Below are positions 50,038 through 60,495 of a stretch of DNA of 64,000 bases, piece by piece. The notes under the pieces are model-generated. The model did no database searches. It had not been told where the DNA came from and was given only the letters and a program-made list of their open reading frames with translations. Location of the stretch: the NCBI GenBank assembly GCA_963789955.1, contig CAWBMV010000012.1, forward strand, positions 416,001 to 480,000, written 5' to 3'. How positions within the stretch are numbered: position 1 is the stretch's first letter; every line of letters starts with the position of its first letter. The stretch is from an uncultured Candidatus Rokubacteria bacterium. GTDB lineage: Bacteria; Methylomirabilota; Methylomirabilia; Rokubacteriales; CSP1-6. Both the position numbers and the translations under genes were made by a program.

Positions 50038-50646
50038 ATGCAAGCGCTCCGATGGGCGGTGCTCGTCCTGGCGATCGTCTCGGCGCTCGCATTCCTGGCG
50101 CTCGCGGTGTTCGCGTTCAACCAGCAGCTGTTCGACCTCGATCACTCCACGCACGACCTGATTCGCCCGGCGGAGTACCCGCAGCTCAGGCCGCTGATGC
50201 AGCTGCTCAGCCGCATCGGCTCGGGCTACGTCCTGATACCGCTCACCGTCGTCCTGTACGTCGTGCTGAAGCGACAGGGCCATCGCGCCGCACGCCATAT
50301 CCCGGCGATGTTCGCCGGGGCATTCGCCGTCTTCGCGCTGACCAAATGGATCGTCGCGCGACCGCGTCCCAAGCTCTCGCCCTACGGGTTTCCGAGTGCC
50401 CACACCTTCGGCGCCGTCGTGTTCTTCGGAGGTGTCATCTATCTCCTGTGGACCGTCGAGATGAGCCGCGTCTGGCGATGGGTGGGTACAGCAGGCCTGC
50501 TCCTGCTGATCCTTGGCGTCGCGCTGAGCCGGCTGTACCTGCGATCGCACTGGCTGAGCGACGTGGTCGGCGGGCTTACGGGAGGGGTCGCCTACCTTCT
50601 GATCTTCCTGCTGGCGGTCGATCCGCGGCTCCGGCCTTCGCGGTGA
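50038..50646 (+). CDS. PAP2 family membrane phosphatase
   Basis: K......RP, FPSAH, SRLYL..H..SDV. Confidence 0.9.
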   Translation: MQALRWAVLVLAIVSALAFLALAVFAFNQQLFDLDHSTHDLIRPAEYPQLRPLMQLLSRIGSGYVLIPLTVVLYVVLKRQGHRAARHIPAMFAGAFAVFALTKWIVARPRPKLSPYGFPSAHTFGAVVFFGGVIYLLWTVEMSRVWRWVGTAGLLLLILGVALSRLYLRSHWLSDVVGGLTGGVAYLLIFLLAVDPRLRPSR

Positions 50647-50648
50647 CC

Positions 50649-50678
50649 CGAGCCGGGGGCCCGAGAGCCCCCGGCTCG
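50649..50678. terminator. GC-rich hairpin between convergent genes
   Basis: cgagccgggggc-ccgaga-gcccccggctcg, 12-bp perfect stem, no U-tract. Confidence 0.55.
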
Positions 50679-50690
50679 AGCGGAAGTCAG

Positions 50691-51899
50691 CTAACGGCGC
50701 GCCGCGATCTTGGCGGCGGCGTCCGCCTTCTTGAAGTGCTCGTCGGTGAACCCGTAGAGGTGCGCCCCGCCCGCCATGATCTGGCTCGCGATCTCGCGAG
50801 GCACGTTCTTCAAGAGATTGGTCGAGACGTGCGGGAAGTTGGAGTCGAAGTGCGGATAGTCGGTCGAGATGCACATCCGATCGGCGCCGATCAGGCCCGC
50901 CGTCGCCTCGATCTCGGGCTCGCTGCCTTCGACGGCGGCCCAGCAGTTGCGCCGGAAGTACTCGCGCGGCGTCATCGACAGATACGGCGCGTGCGAGTCG
51001 CGGTACTGCGGATAGTCCCACTCGATGCGAGACAGGAGTCCCGGCACCCAGGAGTTCTGCGCTTCGAGATACCCGACCCGGAGGCGCGGATGGAACTCGA
51101 ACACGCCGCCGATGATCATCGCGATCAGCGCCTGCTGCATCTCGATCCAGTGGCTCGCGACGTGGCGATAGAAGCGGTTCTCGCCGTAGAGCGGAATCAT
51201 CCGCGAGTAGAGCGCGCTCACGCCCTCGTGAAAGCCCCAGGTCACGTCGAGCTCTTCGTGGATCGCGTACAGCGGATCCCAGTAGTTGGAGTGCCAGTAG
51301 TGGCCGTTCACCAGATTCGGCCGGATGAACGAGCCGACGGCGCCGAGCTCACGGACGCAGCGCACGAGCTCGCGGCAGGCCAGGTGCACGTCGTGCACCG
51401 GCAGCATCGCGACCCACTTCAGCTGGTCCGGGCTGTAGGCGCAGAACTCGTGGATCCAGTTGTTGTACGCCTGGCAGATGGCCAGCGACATCTGCGGATC
51501 CATGCCGTCGCGGCCGAGCAGGGCCAGACCGGCGGTGGGGTAGTTCACCGCGATGTCGACCCCTTCCATCTCCATGCCCATCACCTGAGCGACCGGGTCG
51601 TAGTCGCGCGCGACGGCGAAGTCGAGCCGGCCGGTGTCGAAGAGCCGCGAGCCCGACAGGGGCTGCGTGCTCTGCGACCCGCTGTTGCGGGCGCGCTTCC
51701 GGTACTGCTGCAGGTCCATGTCGGACGTCGGCAGCCCGTCGATGATGGTGAGACCGGCCGCGCCGCGCTTGGGCCGGCCGTCGGCGCCGACCGGCACGCT
51801 GACCCGGTCCTTGAACTTCGGATCCAGATAGCGGTCGAAGAGATCCGGCGGCTCCATGATGTGCATGTCGCTGTCCACGAACCTGAGCCCGTCCTTCAT
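50691..51899 (-). CDS. Amidohydrolase family 2 protein
   Basis: DSDMHIMEP, AYNNW, FHEG, LEA, STDYPHFDS; SD AGGAGAG. Confidence 0.9.
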   Translation of the reverse strand: MKDGLRFVDSDMHIMEPPDLFDRYLDPKFKDRVSVPVGADGRPKRGAAGLTIIDGLPTSDMDLQQYRKRARNSGSQSTQPLSGSRLFDTGRLDFAVARDYDPVAQVMGMEMEGVDIAVNYPTAGLALLGRDGMDPQMSLAICQAYNNWIHEFCAYSPDQLKWVAMLPVHDVHLACRELVRCVRELGAVGSFIRPNLVNGHYWHSNYWDPLYAIHEELDVTWGFHEGVSALYSRMIPLYGENRFYRHVASHWIEMQQALIAMIIGGVFEFHPRLRVGYLEAQNSWVPGLLSRIEWDYPQYRDSHAPYLSMTPREYFRRNCWAAVEGSEPEIEATAGLIGADRMCISTDYPHFDSNFPHVSTNLLKNVPREIASQIMAGGAHLYGFTDEHFKKADAAAKIAARR

Positions 51900-51921
51900 G
51901 ACACTCTCCTGTTCATAAGCT

Positions 51922-51972
51922 CGCCTCGGACGGCGGGTCCCCAGCCCCGCGACGTCCTGCGGCTCGCACTGC
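51922..51972. repeat. Intergenic 51-bp palindromic repeat, copy B
   Basis: 45/51 identical to 47814-47864, same orientation. Confidence 0.85.
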
Positions 51973-51982
51973 CGCGCGCGCG

Positions 51983-52738
51983 TCAGCGGTAGGCGTCCGG
52001 CGCCTGTTTGACGGTTTCCCAGAAGATCGGGTCGTGACCGGGAAAGATCTGACCGCGCGTGAGCCGCGCGATCGTCTTCAGCTTCCGCAGGGAGTGGAGC
52101 GCCAGGGTCGGATTCCAGACGACGCCCGGCACGCGCTCCTTGTCGGCGTGCTCGTGCCAGTAGCAGGCGTCGCCGGTGAGGATGACCGGCCCCGACTCGG
52201 GCAGCTCGACCAGCAGCGACTGGTGGCCGGGCGTGTGCCCGTCGCTTCTCAAGATGGTCACGCCGGGCAGCAGCTCGGTGTCTCCGTCGAGGAGCCGCCA
52301 GCGATAGCCCGGCAGATCGAAGTTCTTCCGGTAGTAGAACGACTCGAAGAATGAGGCCGGGTAGTGGGCGTAGGCGTACTCGTCCTTCTGGACGATCAGC
52401 TCGGACTTGGGGAACAACGCCGCGCCGCCGGCGTGATCGTAGTGCAGGTGGGACAGGACCACCATGTCCACGTTTTCGGGCTCGAGACCCACGAGGTCCA
52501 GCCGGTGCACCAGGAGATCTTCCTCGGTGAACCGCGCCAGCGGGTCGTTGCGCAAGAGACCCGGCACCGCACGCGGCGAGAGCCCGGTGTCGAACAGGAT
52601 CATCGCCTCGGAGGTGCGCACGAGCCAGCACGCGATCGGAATCCGGACGCGATCGCTCGAGAACTCGCCATAAAAGAGTCCCGACCGCTCGAATCCCATG
52701 AACCCGTTCTGCAGCGCGTACAGCCCCAGCACCGCCAT
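51983..52738 (-). CDS. N-acyl homoserine lactonase-like MBL protein (AiiA/AttM family)
   Basis: DTG, SHLHYDHAG, GHTPGHQS, GDA.Y, PGHD. Confidence 0.85.
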   Translation of the reverse strand: MAVLGLYALQNGFMGFERSGLFYGEFSSDRVRIPIACWLVRTSEAMILFDTGLSPRAVPGLLRNDPLARFTEEDLLVHRLDLVGLEPENVDMVVLSHLHYDHAGGAALFPKSELIVQKDEYAYAHYPASFFESFYYRKNFDLPGYRWRLLDGDTELLPGVTILRSDGHTPGHQSLLVELPESGPVILTGDACYWHEHADKERVPGVVWNPTLALHSLRKLKTIARLTRGQIFPGHDPIFWETVKQAPDAYR

Positions 52739-52840
52739 TGCGCGCATGATAGCACCGCCCCCGAGACCGCCGGCCGGTCACCGAGCCCACGCTGCGTGCT
52801 AGGCCTTCTAAGCCTGGGCTGCGACCGCCACGGTAGCGGT

Positions 52841-52971
52841 GCGGGGGCGGCGGGGGTGGGGGTGGGCGCGGCTCTGTGGGACCCCCTCGTCCCGCCCGCG
52901 GCTCGAAGAGCCGCGAATCGGGCGAGCGGGTGGCAGAGCCGCGCCCACCCCGCACCCCCAGCCGTCCCCGC
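52841..52971. repeat. Long nested inverted repeat (MITE/REP-like)
   Basis: 18-bp perfect arms 52859-52876 / 52934-52951 extending to about 36 bp; inner hairpin cgcggctc-gaa-gagccgcg at 52897-52915. Confidence 0.8.
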
Positions 52972-53009
52972 GCCGCGGGCCGGGCGCCCACTGAGCTACA
53001 ATCGCGCGC

Positions 53010-54174
53010 ATGGACTTTCAGCTAACAGAGCAGCAAGAGCTGATCCGGAAGGAAGTCGCCACCCTGGCGCGGTCCTTCTCGCTCGACTACTGGCTCGAGA
53101 AGGATCGCAAGGCCGAGTACCCGCTGGACTGGATGCGGGCCTTCGCGCAGGCGGGCTGGCTCGGCATGATCATTCCCGAGGAGTACGGCGGGTCCGGCCT
53201 GGGCGTGACGGAAGCGGCCTTGATGCTGCACGAGGTCTGCGCCGCCGGCGCCGGGACGACCGGCGCCTCGCCGATCCACTTCTACATGTTCCCGCCGATG
53301 CCGGTGATCAAGCACGGCTCGGAGGAGCTCAAGCGGCGCTACCTGCCGCAGGTCGCCACGGGCGACATCGTCATGTCGTTCGGCGTGACCGAGCCGAACG
53401 CCGGCACGGACACCTCGCGGATCCAGACGCGCGCGGAGCGTCGCGGCGACCACTTCGTCGTGAACGGCCGCAAGGTCTGGAACACCAACGCCCAGCACGC
53501 GACCCACATGCTGCTGCTCGCGCGCACCTCGCCCCGCGAGGCCGTCGGCGCCGTTCCGCGGGATGACGCTCTTCTTCACGCCGTTCGATCGCTCGAAGAT
53601 CACCGTGCGCGAGATCGAGAAGCTCGGCCGCGCGGCGGTCGACTCCAACGAGATCTTCATCGACGGGCTCGAGATTCCCGCGACGGACGTCGTGGGCGAG
53701 GTCGGCCGCGGCTTCTACCACCTCCTGGATTCGCTGAACCCGGAGCGCGTCTTCACCGGCATCGAGGCGGTCGGGATCGGCCGCGCGGCGCTCGAGCGCG
53801 GCGTGCAGTACGCGAAGGAGCGCGTCGTCTTCGACCGGCCGATCGGCCAGAACCAGGCGATCGCGCACCCGCTCGCGCTGGCGTGGGCGAAGCTCGAGTC
53901 GGCCGAGCTGATGTGCCTGAAGGCGGCGTGGCTCTTCGACAGCGGCAAGCCCTGCGGCGCCGAGTCGAATGCCGCCAAGCTGATGGCGGCCGAGGCGGGC
54001 TTCGAGGCCTGCGACGTCGCGCTGCAGACGCACGGCGGCTACGGCTACGCGAAGGAGTTCTACGTCGAGCGGCTCTGGCGCGAGGTGCGGCTCTACAAGA
54101 TCGCGCCGGTCTCGCAGCAGATGGTCCTCAACTACCTGTCGGAGCACGTGCTGGGCCTTCCCAAGAGCTACTGA
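53010..54174 (+). CDS. Acyl-CoA dehydrogenase (frameshift near 53545)
   Basis: PEEYGG.G, TEPNAGTD, NGRKVW, LNPER, R.VF.RPIG.NQ, HGGYGY.KE..VER.WR. Confidence 0.9.
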
Positions 54175-54192
54175 GTCGCGAGGAGGAGCGAG

Positions 54193-55430
54193 ATGGCGGT
54201 CAGAGTCGATCGTCGTAAATTCCTGGCCGGCGCCGCGGGCGCGACCGTGGCGGCGTCGCTGCCGTTCCCGGCGATTGCCCAGTCGAAGCCCGTGCGCATC
54301 GGCCTGCTCACGGTGAAGACGGGGCCGCTGGCGGCGGGCGGGATCCAGATGGAGCAGGGACTCATCCGCTTCTTCAAGGACCGGAACTACACCTTGGCCG
54401 GCCGCAAGGTCGAGCTCGTCGTGGGCGATACCGGCGGCAATCCCGCCGGCACCAAGACCAAGACCCAGGAGCTGGTGGAGCGCGAGAACGTCGACATGAT
54501 TCTCGGGCCGCTCGCGGCCTTCGAGCTCCTGGCCATCACGGACTACACGGCGCAGGCCAAGATGCCGATCCTCAGCCTCGCCGCCGCCGAGGACATGACC
54601 CAGCGCCGGCCCAACCCGTATTTCGTTCGGGCCTCGGCGACCTCGTCGCAGAACATGCACTGCCTGGCCGACTACGCGGCGAAGGAGCTGAAGTTCAAGC
54701 GCGTGATCACGATCGCCGATGACTTCGCGTTCGGCCACGAGCAGATGGCGGGCTTCCAGCGCGTGTTCGAGGACGCGGGCGGCCGGGTCGTCAAGAAGCT
54801 GTGGCCGCCCCTGGTGACGCCGGACTACGCGCCGTACCTGGCGCAGATCAGCGGCGTCGACGCGGTCGTCCAGGGCTTCGCCGGGTCGAATCCGCTGAAG
54901 TTCATGAAGCAGTATCAGGACCAGGGCCTCAAGCTGCCCGTGCTGGGCGGAGGTCCGGCCTGCGACGACGCGCTCCTGAAGTCGTTCGGCGACGAGGCGG
55001 TGGGGCTCATCTCCTGCTCGGCCTATACCGCCGATCTCGACACGCCGAGCAACAAGCGGCTCATCGACGGGATGGTGAAGGACTACGGCAACATCCCCGG
55101 ACTCTACGCGGCCGGGCTCTACATCAACGGCATGGTCGCCGAGGCCGCGCTCGAGAAGACGGGCGGCAAGACCGACGACCGGGAGGCGCTGATCCGGGCC
55201 CTGCGCGGCGGTGTCGCTCGACCGACACGCCGCGCGGACCGTTCACGTTCGACCACTTCGGCAACGTGGTCGGGACGTTCTACGTCCGGCGGTGCGAGAA
55301 GAAGGGCGACAAGCTCGTCAACACGACGATCAAGACCTATCCCAAGGTCAGCCAGTTCTGGACGTACGACGAGAAGTGGTTTCTCGCGCAGCCCGTGTAC
55401 TCCCGCGACTATCCTCCGCTGAAATCGTGA
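54193..55430 (+). CDS. Branched-chain/aromatic ABC substrate-binding protein with Tat signal (frameshift near 55210)
   Basis: RRKFL Tat motif, IGLL...TGP.A, D..G.P, D.AFG.E, TPRG.F.FD. Confidence 0.88.
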
Positions 55431-55439
55431 CCGGATCCG

Positions 55440-55481
55440 GGGCCGCTCGGCGAGGTCCATCCGACCTCGCTCGAGCGGCCC
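55440..55481 (+). other. Intercistronic stem-loop after the SBP gene
   Basis: gggccgctcg-gcgaggtc-catcc-gacctcgc-t-cgagcggccc, 18 bp with one bulge. Confidence 0.7.
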
Positions 55482-55489
55482 GACACGCC

Positions 55490-56350
55490 ATGAATCTCTG
55501 GGTGGTGCTGGCGGTCAATAGCATCACCCTGGGCGGCCTGCTCTTCCTGCTCTCCGCCGGGTTCTCGCTGATCTTCGGCCTCATGAAGATTCCCAACCTC
55601 ACGCACGGCTCGTTCTTCATGCTCGGCGCGTACCTCGCGACGAGCTTGATCGCGCACGGGTTCGATTTCTGGACGGCCGCGATCGTCGGTGGGCTCCTGG
55701 TGGCGGCCTTCGGCGGACTCGTGGAGCGCCTGATCTTGCGACGCCTCGTCGGCGCCGAGCTCGCGCAGGTGCTGGTGACCCTGGGGCTCTCCTTCATGAT
55801 CGCCGACGTCTGCCTGATGGTGTGGACCGGCGACCCGATCCGGATCGCCACGCCGAGCGCGCTCCGCGGCGTGACCTCGGTCATGGGCCTGGGCTTTCCG
55901 ACCTATCGCCTGGCCATCAGTCTCATCGCGGTCGTCTTCGCCGTCGCGCTCTGGGCGCTGCTCGACCGGACGCGCCTGGGGGCGATGATCCGGGCGGGAG
56001 TCGACGATCCGGCGATGGCGCGAGTGGTCGGCATCCGTGTCTCGCGGCTCTTCACGATCGTGTTCTGCCTGGGCGCGTGGCTGGCGGGCTTCGCCGGCGT
56101 GATCGGCGGGCCGATCCTCTCGGTCTATCCGGGGCTCGACCAGGAGATGCTGCCGCTGGCGCTCGTCGTCGTGATCCTCGGCGGCAGCGGCAGCCTGATC
56201 GGCTCGCTGGTCGGAAGCTTCGTGGTCGGCTTCCTCTACAACTTCGGACAGGCGATGTTTCCCGAGCTCGCCTACGTCGTGCTGTTCCTGCCCATGCTCG
56301 TCGTGCTGGTCGTGAGGCCTCAGGGTTTGTTCGGGCGACAGACCGCGTGA
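55490..56350 (+). CDS. livH: Branched-chain ABC permease (LivH-like)
   Basis: GFSLIFG.M...NL.HG, RT.LG..IRA, VVILGG.GS. Confidence 0.88.
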   Translation: MNLWVVLAVNSITLGGLLFLLSAGFSLIFGLMKIPNLTHGSFFMLGAYLATSLIAHGFDFWTAAIVGGLLVAAFGGLVERLILRRLVGAELAQVLVTLGLSFMIADVCLMVWTGDPIRIATPSALRGVTSVMGLGFPTYRLAISLIAVVFAVALWALLDRTRLGAMIRAGVDDPAMARVVGIRVSRLFTIVFCLGAWLAGFAGVIGGPILSVYPGLDQEMLPLALVVVILGGSGSLIGSLVGSFVVGFLYNFGQAMFPELAYVVLFLPMLVVLVVRPQGLFGRQTA

Positions 56351-57304
56351 AGCGGATCGTTCTCTTCGGCGCGCTGGTGATCCTGGCCACGGTGCCGCTG
56401 TGGGTCGGCGGGACGTACTACGTCAACATCACCAGCCAGATTCTGCTTCTACGCGATCTTCGCGCTCGGCGTGAACGTGCTGGCCGGCTACGCCGGTCTG
56501 GTCAGCCTCGGGCACGCCGGGCTCTTCGGTATCGCCGCCTACTCCGGCGCCAGGATCATGAACGACGGCCACGGCCACGTCGTCGTGATCGCGGGCGCCC
56601 TCGCGCTGACGCTCCTGGCCGCCGCCGTCTTCGCGGTGCTGGCGCTGCGCGGCACCGGGCTCGGCTTCGTCATGATCACGGTGGCGCTGGGCCAGATCGT
56701 CTGGGGCGTCGCCTATCGGTGGATCAGCATCACGAACGGTGACAACGGCATCGCCATTCGCGGCCGGCCGAGTCCGCTGGGCCTCTCGCTCACGTCGCCG
56801 GCGAGCTTCTACTGGGCGACCCTGATCGTGTTCCTGCTGGCGGTGACCTCGATGGCGGTGTTCGTCGCCTCGCCGTTCGGCGCCAGCCTGCGCGGAACGC
56901 GCGATCAGCCCCGCCGGATGAACGCGCTCGGCTACCACGTCTGGATGATCCGCTTCCTCGCGTTCCTCTTCTCGGGCTTCTGGAGCGGCGTGGCGGGGCT
57001 GCTCTACCTCTACTACAACCAGTTCGTGAGCCCGCAGGCGGTGGCGCTGACCGCGTCGGCCGAGGCGCTGCTGATGGTCATCGCCGGCGGCACCGCGACG
57101 TTGCTCGGGCCGATCGCCGGCGCGGCGCTGGTCGTGATCGTGAAGAACGTGGCGAGTGCCCACATCGAGCGGTGGAACTTCGTCCTCGGCGCCATCTTCG
57201 TCGTCATCGTCGTCTTCATGCCCGAGGGGCTGGTACCGGGCACGGTGCGACGCTGGCGCCGAGCCATGGCGGCGCTGCGGCCGCGCGCTACCGCGGCGGG
57301 GTGA
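56347..57304 (+). CDS. livM: Branched-chain ABC permease (LivM-like; frameshift near 56445)
   Basis: GYAGLVSLGHA, F.MIT.A, TNG.NG, SPFG, GG...L.GP..GA, PEG. Confidence 0.86.
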
Positions 57305-58763
57305 CGGGGCGGCGCGGCGCCAGGGCCGCCGCGCGCAGGTGCTCGAGGTCGATCTTGGGCATGTCGAGATTCAGGGTGCGCAGGACGGCGTTGGCGAGCT
57401 CGCTGTAGCGGGTGAAGTAGCGGCGCAGCCGTCCGCGCCACGCCGGGATGCCGCCGTTGGCGTGGAGCTCGAAGGCCGACTCGCGACCGTCCAGCGCCGA
57501 GGTGACGTGGTCGCACGCGAGCTGCAGCAAGGCCGAGCGCTGCAGCGCCGTGTAGCCTCCGCCCGCGTACGATTCCTCGAGCCCGGCTCCGACCTCCGGT
57601 GACGCCAGGTCCTTGTCCGAGGGCGCGACCACGAGCGAGGAGCCCGGGAGAATTCTCAGGATCTCGGCCATGCGCTGGCGGCCCTTCTGCATGGCGATGC
57701 TGCCCGCCGCGATGTGGCCGCGCCCGGGGATGCAGTAGCCCTCGGGCGTGAATTCGGGATCGAGCTCGGCGGCGGTCTGGCAGCTCCGAACGGTCTGCAC
57801 GTCGACGACCAGATCGATCAGGTACTCGATCGTCGGCTCGTGCTCGACCAGGCCCATCGCGTGCGTGCACGCGAGCGCCAGCCCGAGCGTGAACTCCGCC
57901 TTGGAGAGCCAGCAGTAGAGCTGATGCCAGAAGAGCCAGGACGCCATCGGCTCGGGGGTCACGTCCATCAGGAAGATGCGGTCCCAGGGAACGAACACGT
58001 TGTCGAGCCACATCTGCCCGTCCAGCTCGTCGAACCGGCTCGACAGCGGAGCCAGGAACGGATTCGAGTGCCGCGCGGCGATCTTCCGGCAGAGGACCGT
58101 CACGCCGGGCGCGGCGACGGGCACGATGAAGGTCGCGCGATGCTGGCCGCGCTCGATGCCGCAGTGGCTGCCGACGTAGACGTCCTCGGCGTACACCGGG
58201 CTCGTGTGCATCCCGACCTTGCCGCTGACGACCAGGCCGGCGTCGGTCTCGCGCACGAGCTTGAGCGCCACGCGTTCGCCCGGGTCCTGGCGCATGCGGT
58301 AGCCGATCGTGGCCGCGCCGGCCGAGAAGGTGAGGAAGCGCCCGGTACGGGCGATCAGCTCGCGATAGCCGGCGGCGTTCGCGATCTGCTCCGGTGACAC
58401 GTTGCGCTGCCGGACCGCATCGAGGATGCCGAGCGCGATCAGGTTGCCGTACGCGGGCGTGTGCGTGATGTTGCCCGCGCTCAGGAAGGTCGTCGCCGAG
58501 AAGCAGCGGCCCATCGCGCGCAGGTCGTCAGGGCTCTTCGGGATGATGTAGCTCAACGGGGCCCGTGCGCCCGCGGCATCGGGCGGCGTCAGGAGAATGT
58601 CCTGCCACTCCCGGTCGAAGTGGCGGTCGTACCAGGCGACGTACTCGTCGACGGTCCCGCGCGTCGCCGGGTGCACGGTGACGTCCTCGACCAGCCCCTC
58701 GCCGATGACCCACACCCGGCGCCCGTCGCGCAGCGCTTCGCGATATTCCGCGCCCGTCCTCAT
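57288..58763 (-). CDS. 4-hydroxyphenylacetate 3-hydroxylase (HpaB)-family FADH2-dependent monooxygenase
   Basis: MRTGAEY.E.LRDGR.VW..GE...DVT.HP, G.VVSG, PGV...CR, PLSSRFDE.D, DNVFVPWDR. Confidence 0.85.
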   Translation of the reverse strand: MRTGAEYREALRDGRRVWVIGEGLVEDVTVHPATRGTVDEYVAWYDRHFDREWQDILLTPPDAAGARAPLSYIIPKSPDDLRAMGRCFSATTFLSAGNITHTPAYGNLIALGILDAVRQRNVSPEQIANAAGYRELIARTGRFLTFSAGAATIGYRMRQDPGERVALKLVRETDAGLVVSGKVGMHTSPVYAEDVYVGSHCGIERGQHRATFIVPVAAPGVTVLCRKIAARHSNPFLAPLSSRFDELDGQMWLDNVFVPWDRIFLMDVTPEPMASWLFWHQLYCWLSKAEFTLGLALACTHAMGLVEHEPTIEYLIDLVVDVQTVRSCQTAAELDPEFTPEGYCIPGRGHIAAGSIAMQKGRQRMAEILRILPGSSLVVAPSDKDLASPEVGAGLEESYAGGGYTALQRSALLQLACDHVTSALDGRESAFELHANGGIPAWRGRLRRYFTRYSELANAVLRTLNLDMPKIDLEHLRAAALAPRRPVTPPR

Positions 58764-58834
58764 GGAAGTCGAAGCTTAGCATCTCGGGTCGACATCTTCG
58801 ACACGTCACGGGATAATCCCGCCGGGAGACGACG

Positions 58835-59278
58835 ATGAGCCAAGCCAAGATTCCCAAAGTCCTCCACGAGCACATCAACACCGCGTTCCCGGCCAACGTC
58901 TGTCTGGTGGGAACGGTCCTGCCGAGCGGCTTCGCGCAGATCACGCCGCGCGGCAGCACGATGGTCTACGACGACGAGCACCTGGCGCTCTGGGAACGCG
59001 GCAAGGGCTCCACGAGCGCGAATCTCCGGGACAAGTCGAAGGTCACGGTGTTCCTGCGCAAGCCCCCGCTCCGCGAGGCGGGCGTGCTGCCCAAGGGCGG
59101 GATCGCGCGCTTCTACGGCACCGCCGAGGTCCACACGTCGGGCCCGGCGTACGAAGAAGTCTGGCGACGGCTCGTCCAGCCCGAGAAGGACCGGGATCCG
59201 GACAAGAAGGGCTTTGCCGTCCTCATCAAGGTCGAGCGCGCCGAGGATCTCGACGGTCAGCCGCTGGTGCTGGCATGA
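58835..59278 (+). CDS. Pyridoxamine 5'-phosphate oxidase-like split-barrel protein
   Basis: LVGT....G...TPRGS..V.D, W, NL, RF.G.A. Confidence 0.75.
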   Translation: MSQAKIPKVLHEHINTAFPANVCLVGTVLPSGFAQITPRGSTMVYDDEHLALWERGKGSTSANLRDKSKVTVFLRKPPLREAGVLPKGGIARFYGTAEVHTSGPAYEEVWRRLVQPEKDRDPDKKGFAVLIKVERAEDLDGQPLVLA

Positions 59279-60468
59279 GCAATCTCGACGGAGTCCTGAC
59301 GGGCGTTCGCGTGCTCGATTTCGGGCGCTACATCGCCGGGCCGTACTGCGCCGCGCTGCTGGCCGATCTCGGCGCCGACGTGATCCGCATCGAGCGCGCC
59401 GGGGGTGGCGAGGATCGCTGGGTGGCGCCGGTGACCGACGACGGCGTGGGCGCGCTCTACGTGGTCATGAACCGCAACAAGCGCGCGATGACCCTCGACC
59501 CGGCGTGCCCCGAGGGCCAGGAGATCGTCCGCAAGCTCGTCGCCACGGCCGACGTCGTCGTGGCGAACCTGCCTCCCGAGGTGCTGCGGTCGCTCTCCCT
59601 CGACCTCGAGAGCCTGCGTCGCGTGAAGCCCGACATCATCTTGACGACGGTGACCGCGTACGGCGCCGGCGGGCCGTGGAGCGCCAAGCACGGGTTCGAC
59701 GGCATCGGGCAGGTGATGTGCGGCTCGTCGTATCTCACGGGCACCCCGGATCAGCCGTTGCGCGCCGCGGTCGCCTGGGTCGACTGCGGCACCGCGTCCC
59801 TGGCCGCGTTCGGAACCCTGGCCGCGCTCATGTCGCGCCGGCAGACCGGACGCGGACAGAAAGTCGAAGGCGCCTTGCTCAGGACCGCGATCGCCTTCAA
59901 CAACCCGACCCTGGTGGAGCAGCAGGCCATCCAGGTCGACCGCGTGGCGACGGTCAACCGCGGCCAGACCTCGGCGCCGTCCGATCTGTTCCGCACGAAG
60001 GACGGCTGGATCCTGGCGCTCGCGATCGGCAACCCGATGTTCCGGCGATGGGCCAAGCTGATGGGCGAGGACCACTGGCTGACTGACCCACGCTTCAAGG
60101 ACGACATCGCTCGCGGCGACAACAGCGAGATCATCTCCAAGCGGATGTCGGAATGGTCGGCGTCGCGGACGACCAAGGAGGCGCTGGCCGAGCTGGAAGC
60201 GGCGAAGATTCCGTCGGCGCCGCTCTACTCGCCGCAGCAGGCGCTGGACGACGCGCACATCCGCACGGCCGGTCTGCTGCGGGACACGGAGTACCCGGGT
60301 GTGGCCCGCGGCGTGCCGCTCGCGCCGACGCCGGTCGATCTGTCGGAGACGCCCGGGCGATTCCAGCGGCGGGCTCCCACGTTGGGCGAGCACACCGACG
60401 AGATCCTGTCCGAGCTGGGCTACCAGAAGACGCAGATCGCCGAGCTGCGAACCCGCAACGTCATCTGA
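59275..60468 (+). CDS. CaiB/BaiF CoA-transferase
   Basis: GVRVLDF.RYIAGP, LGADVIRIE, NRNKR, GFD, APTLGEHT. Confidence 0.92.
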   Translation: MSNLDGVLTGVRVLDFGRYIAGPYCAALLADLGADVIRIERAGGGEDRWVAPVTDDGVGALYVVMNRNKRAMTLDPACPEGQEIVRKLVATADVVVANLPPEVLRSLSLDLESLRRVKPDIILTTVTAYGAGGPWSAKHGFDGIGQVMCGSSYLTGTPDQPLRAAVAWVDCGTASLAAFGTLAALMSRRQTGRGQKVEGALLRTAIAFNNPTLVEQQAIQVDRVATVNRGQTSAPSDLFRTKDGWILALAIGNPMFRRWAKLMGEDHWLTDPRFKDDIARGDNSEIISKRMSEWSASRTTKEALAELEAAKIPSAPLYSPQQALDDAHIRTAGLLRDTEYPGVARGVPLAPTPVDLSETPGRFQRRAPTLGEHTDEILSELGYQKTQIAELRTRNVI

Positions 60469-60495
60469 TCGCCGGTAGCGGCCAGGAGCCCGACG

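Noticed and set aside
51983..52738. Dedicated quorum-quenching system
   Set aside because: The family motif alone does not define the substrate, and no luxI/luxR genes are in the window.
50691..52991. 766-aa ORF and other long Arg/Ala/Pro-rich overlapping or antisense ORFs (for example 59257-61440, 21700-23277)
   Set aside because: These are shadow ORFs from stop-codon scarcity at high GC; the real genes have their own starts and family motifs.
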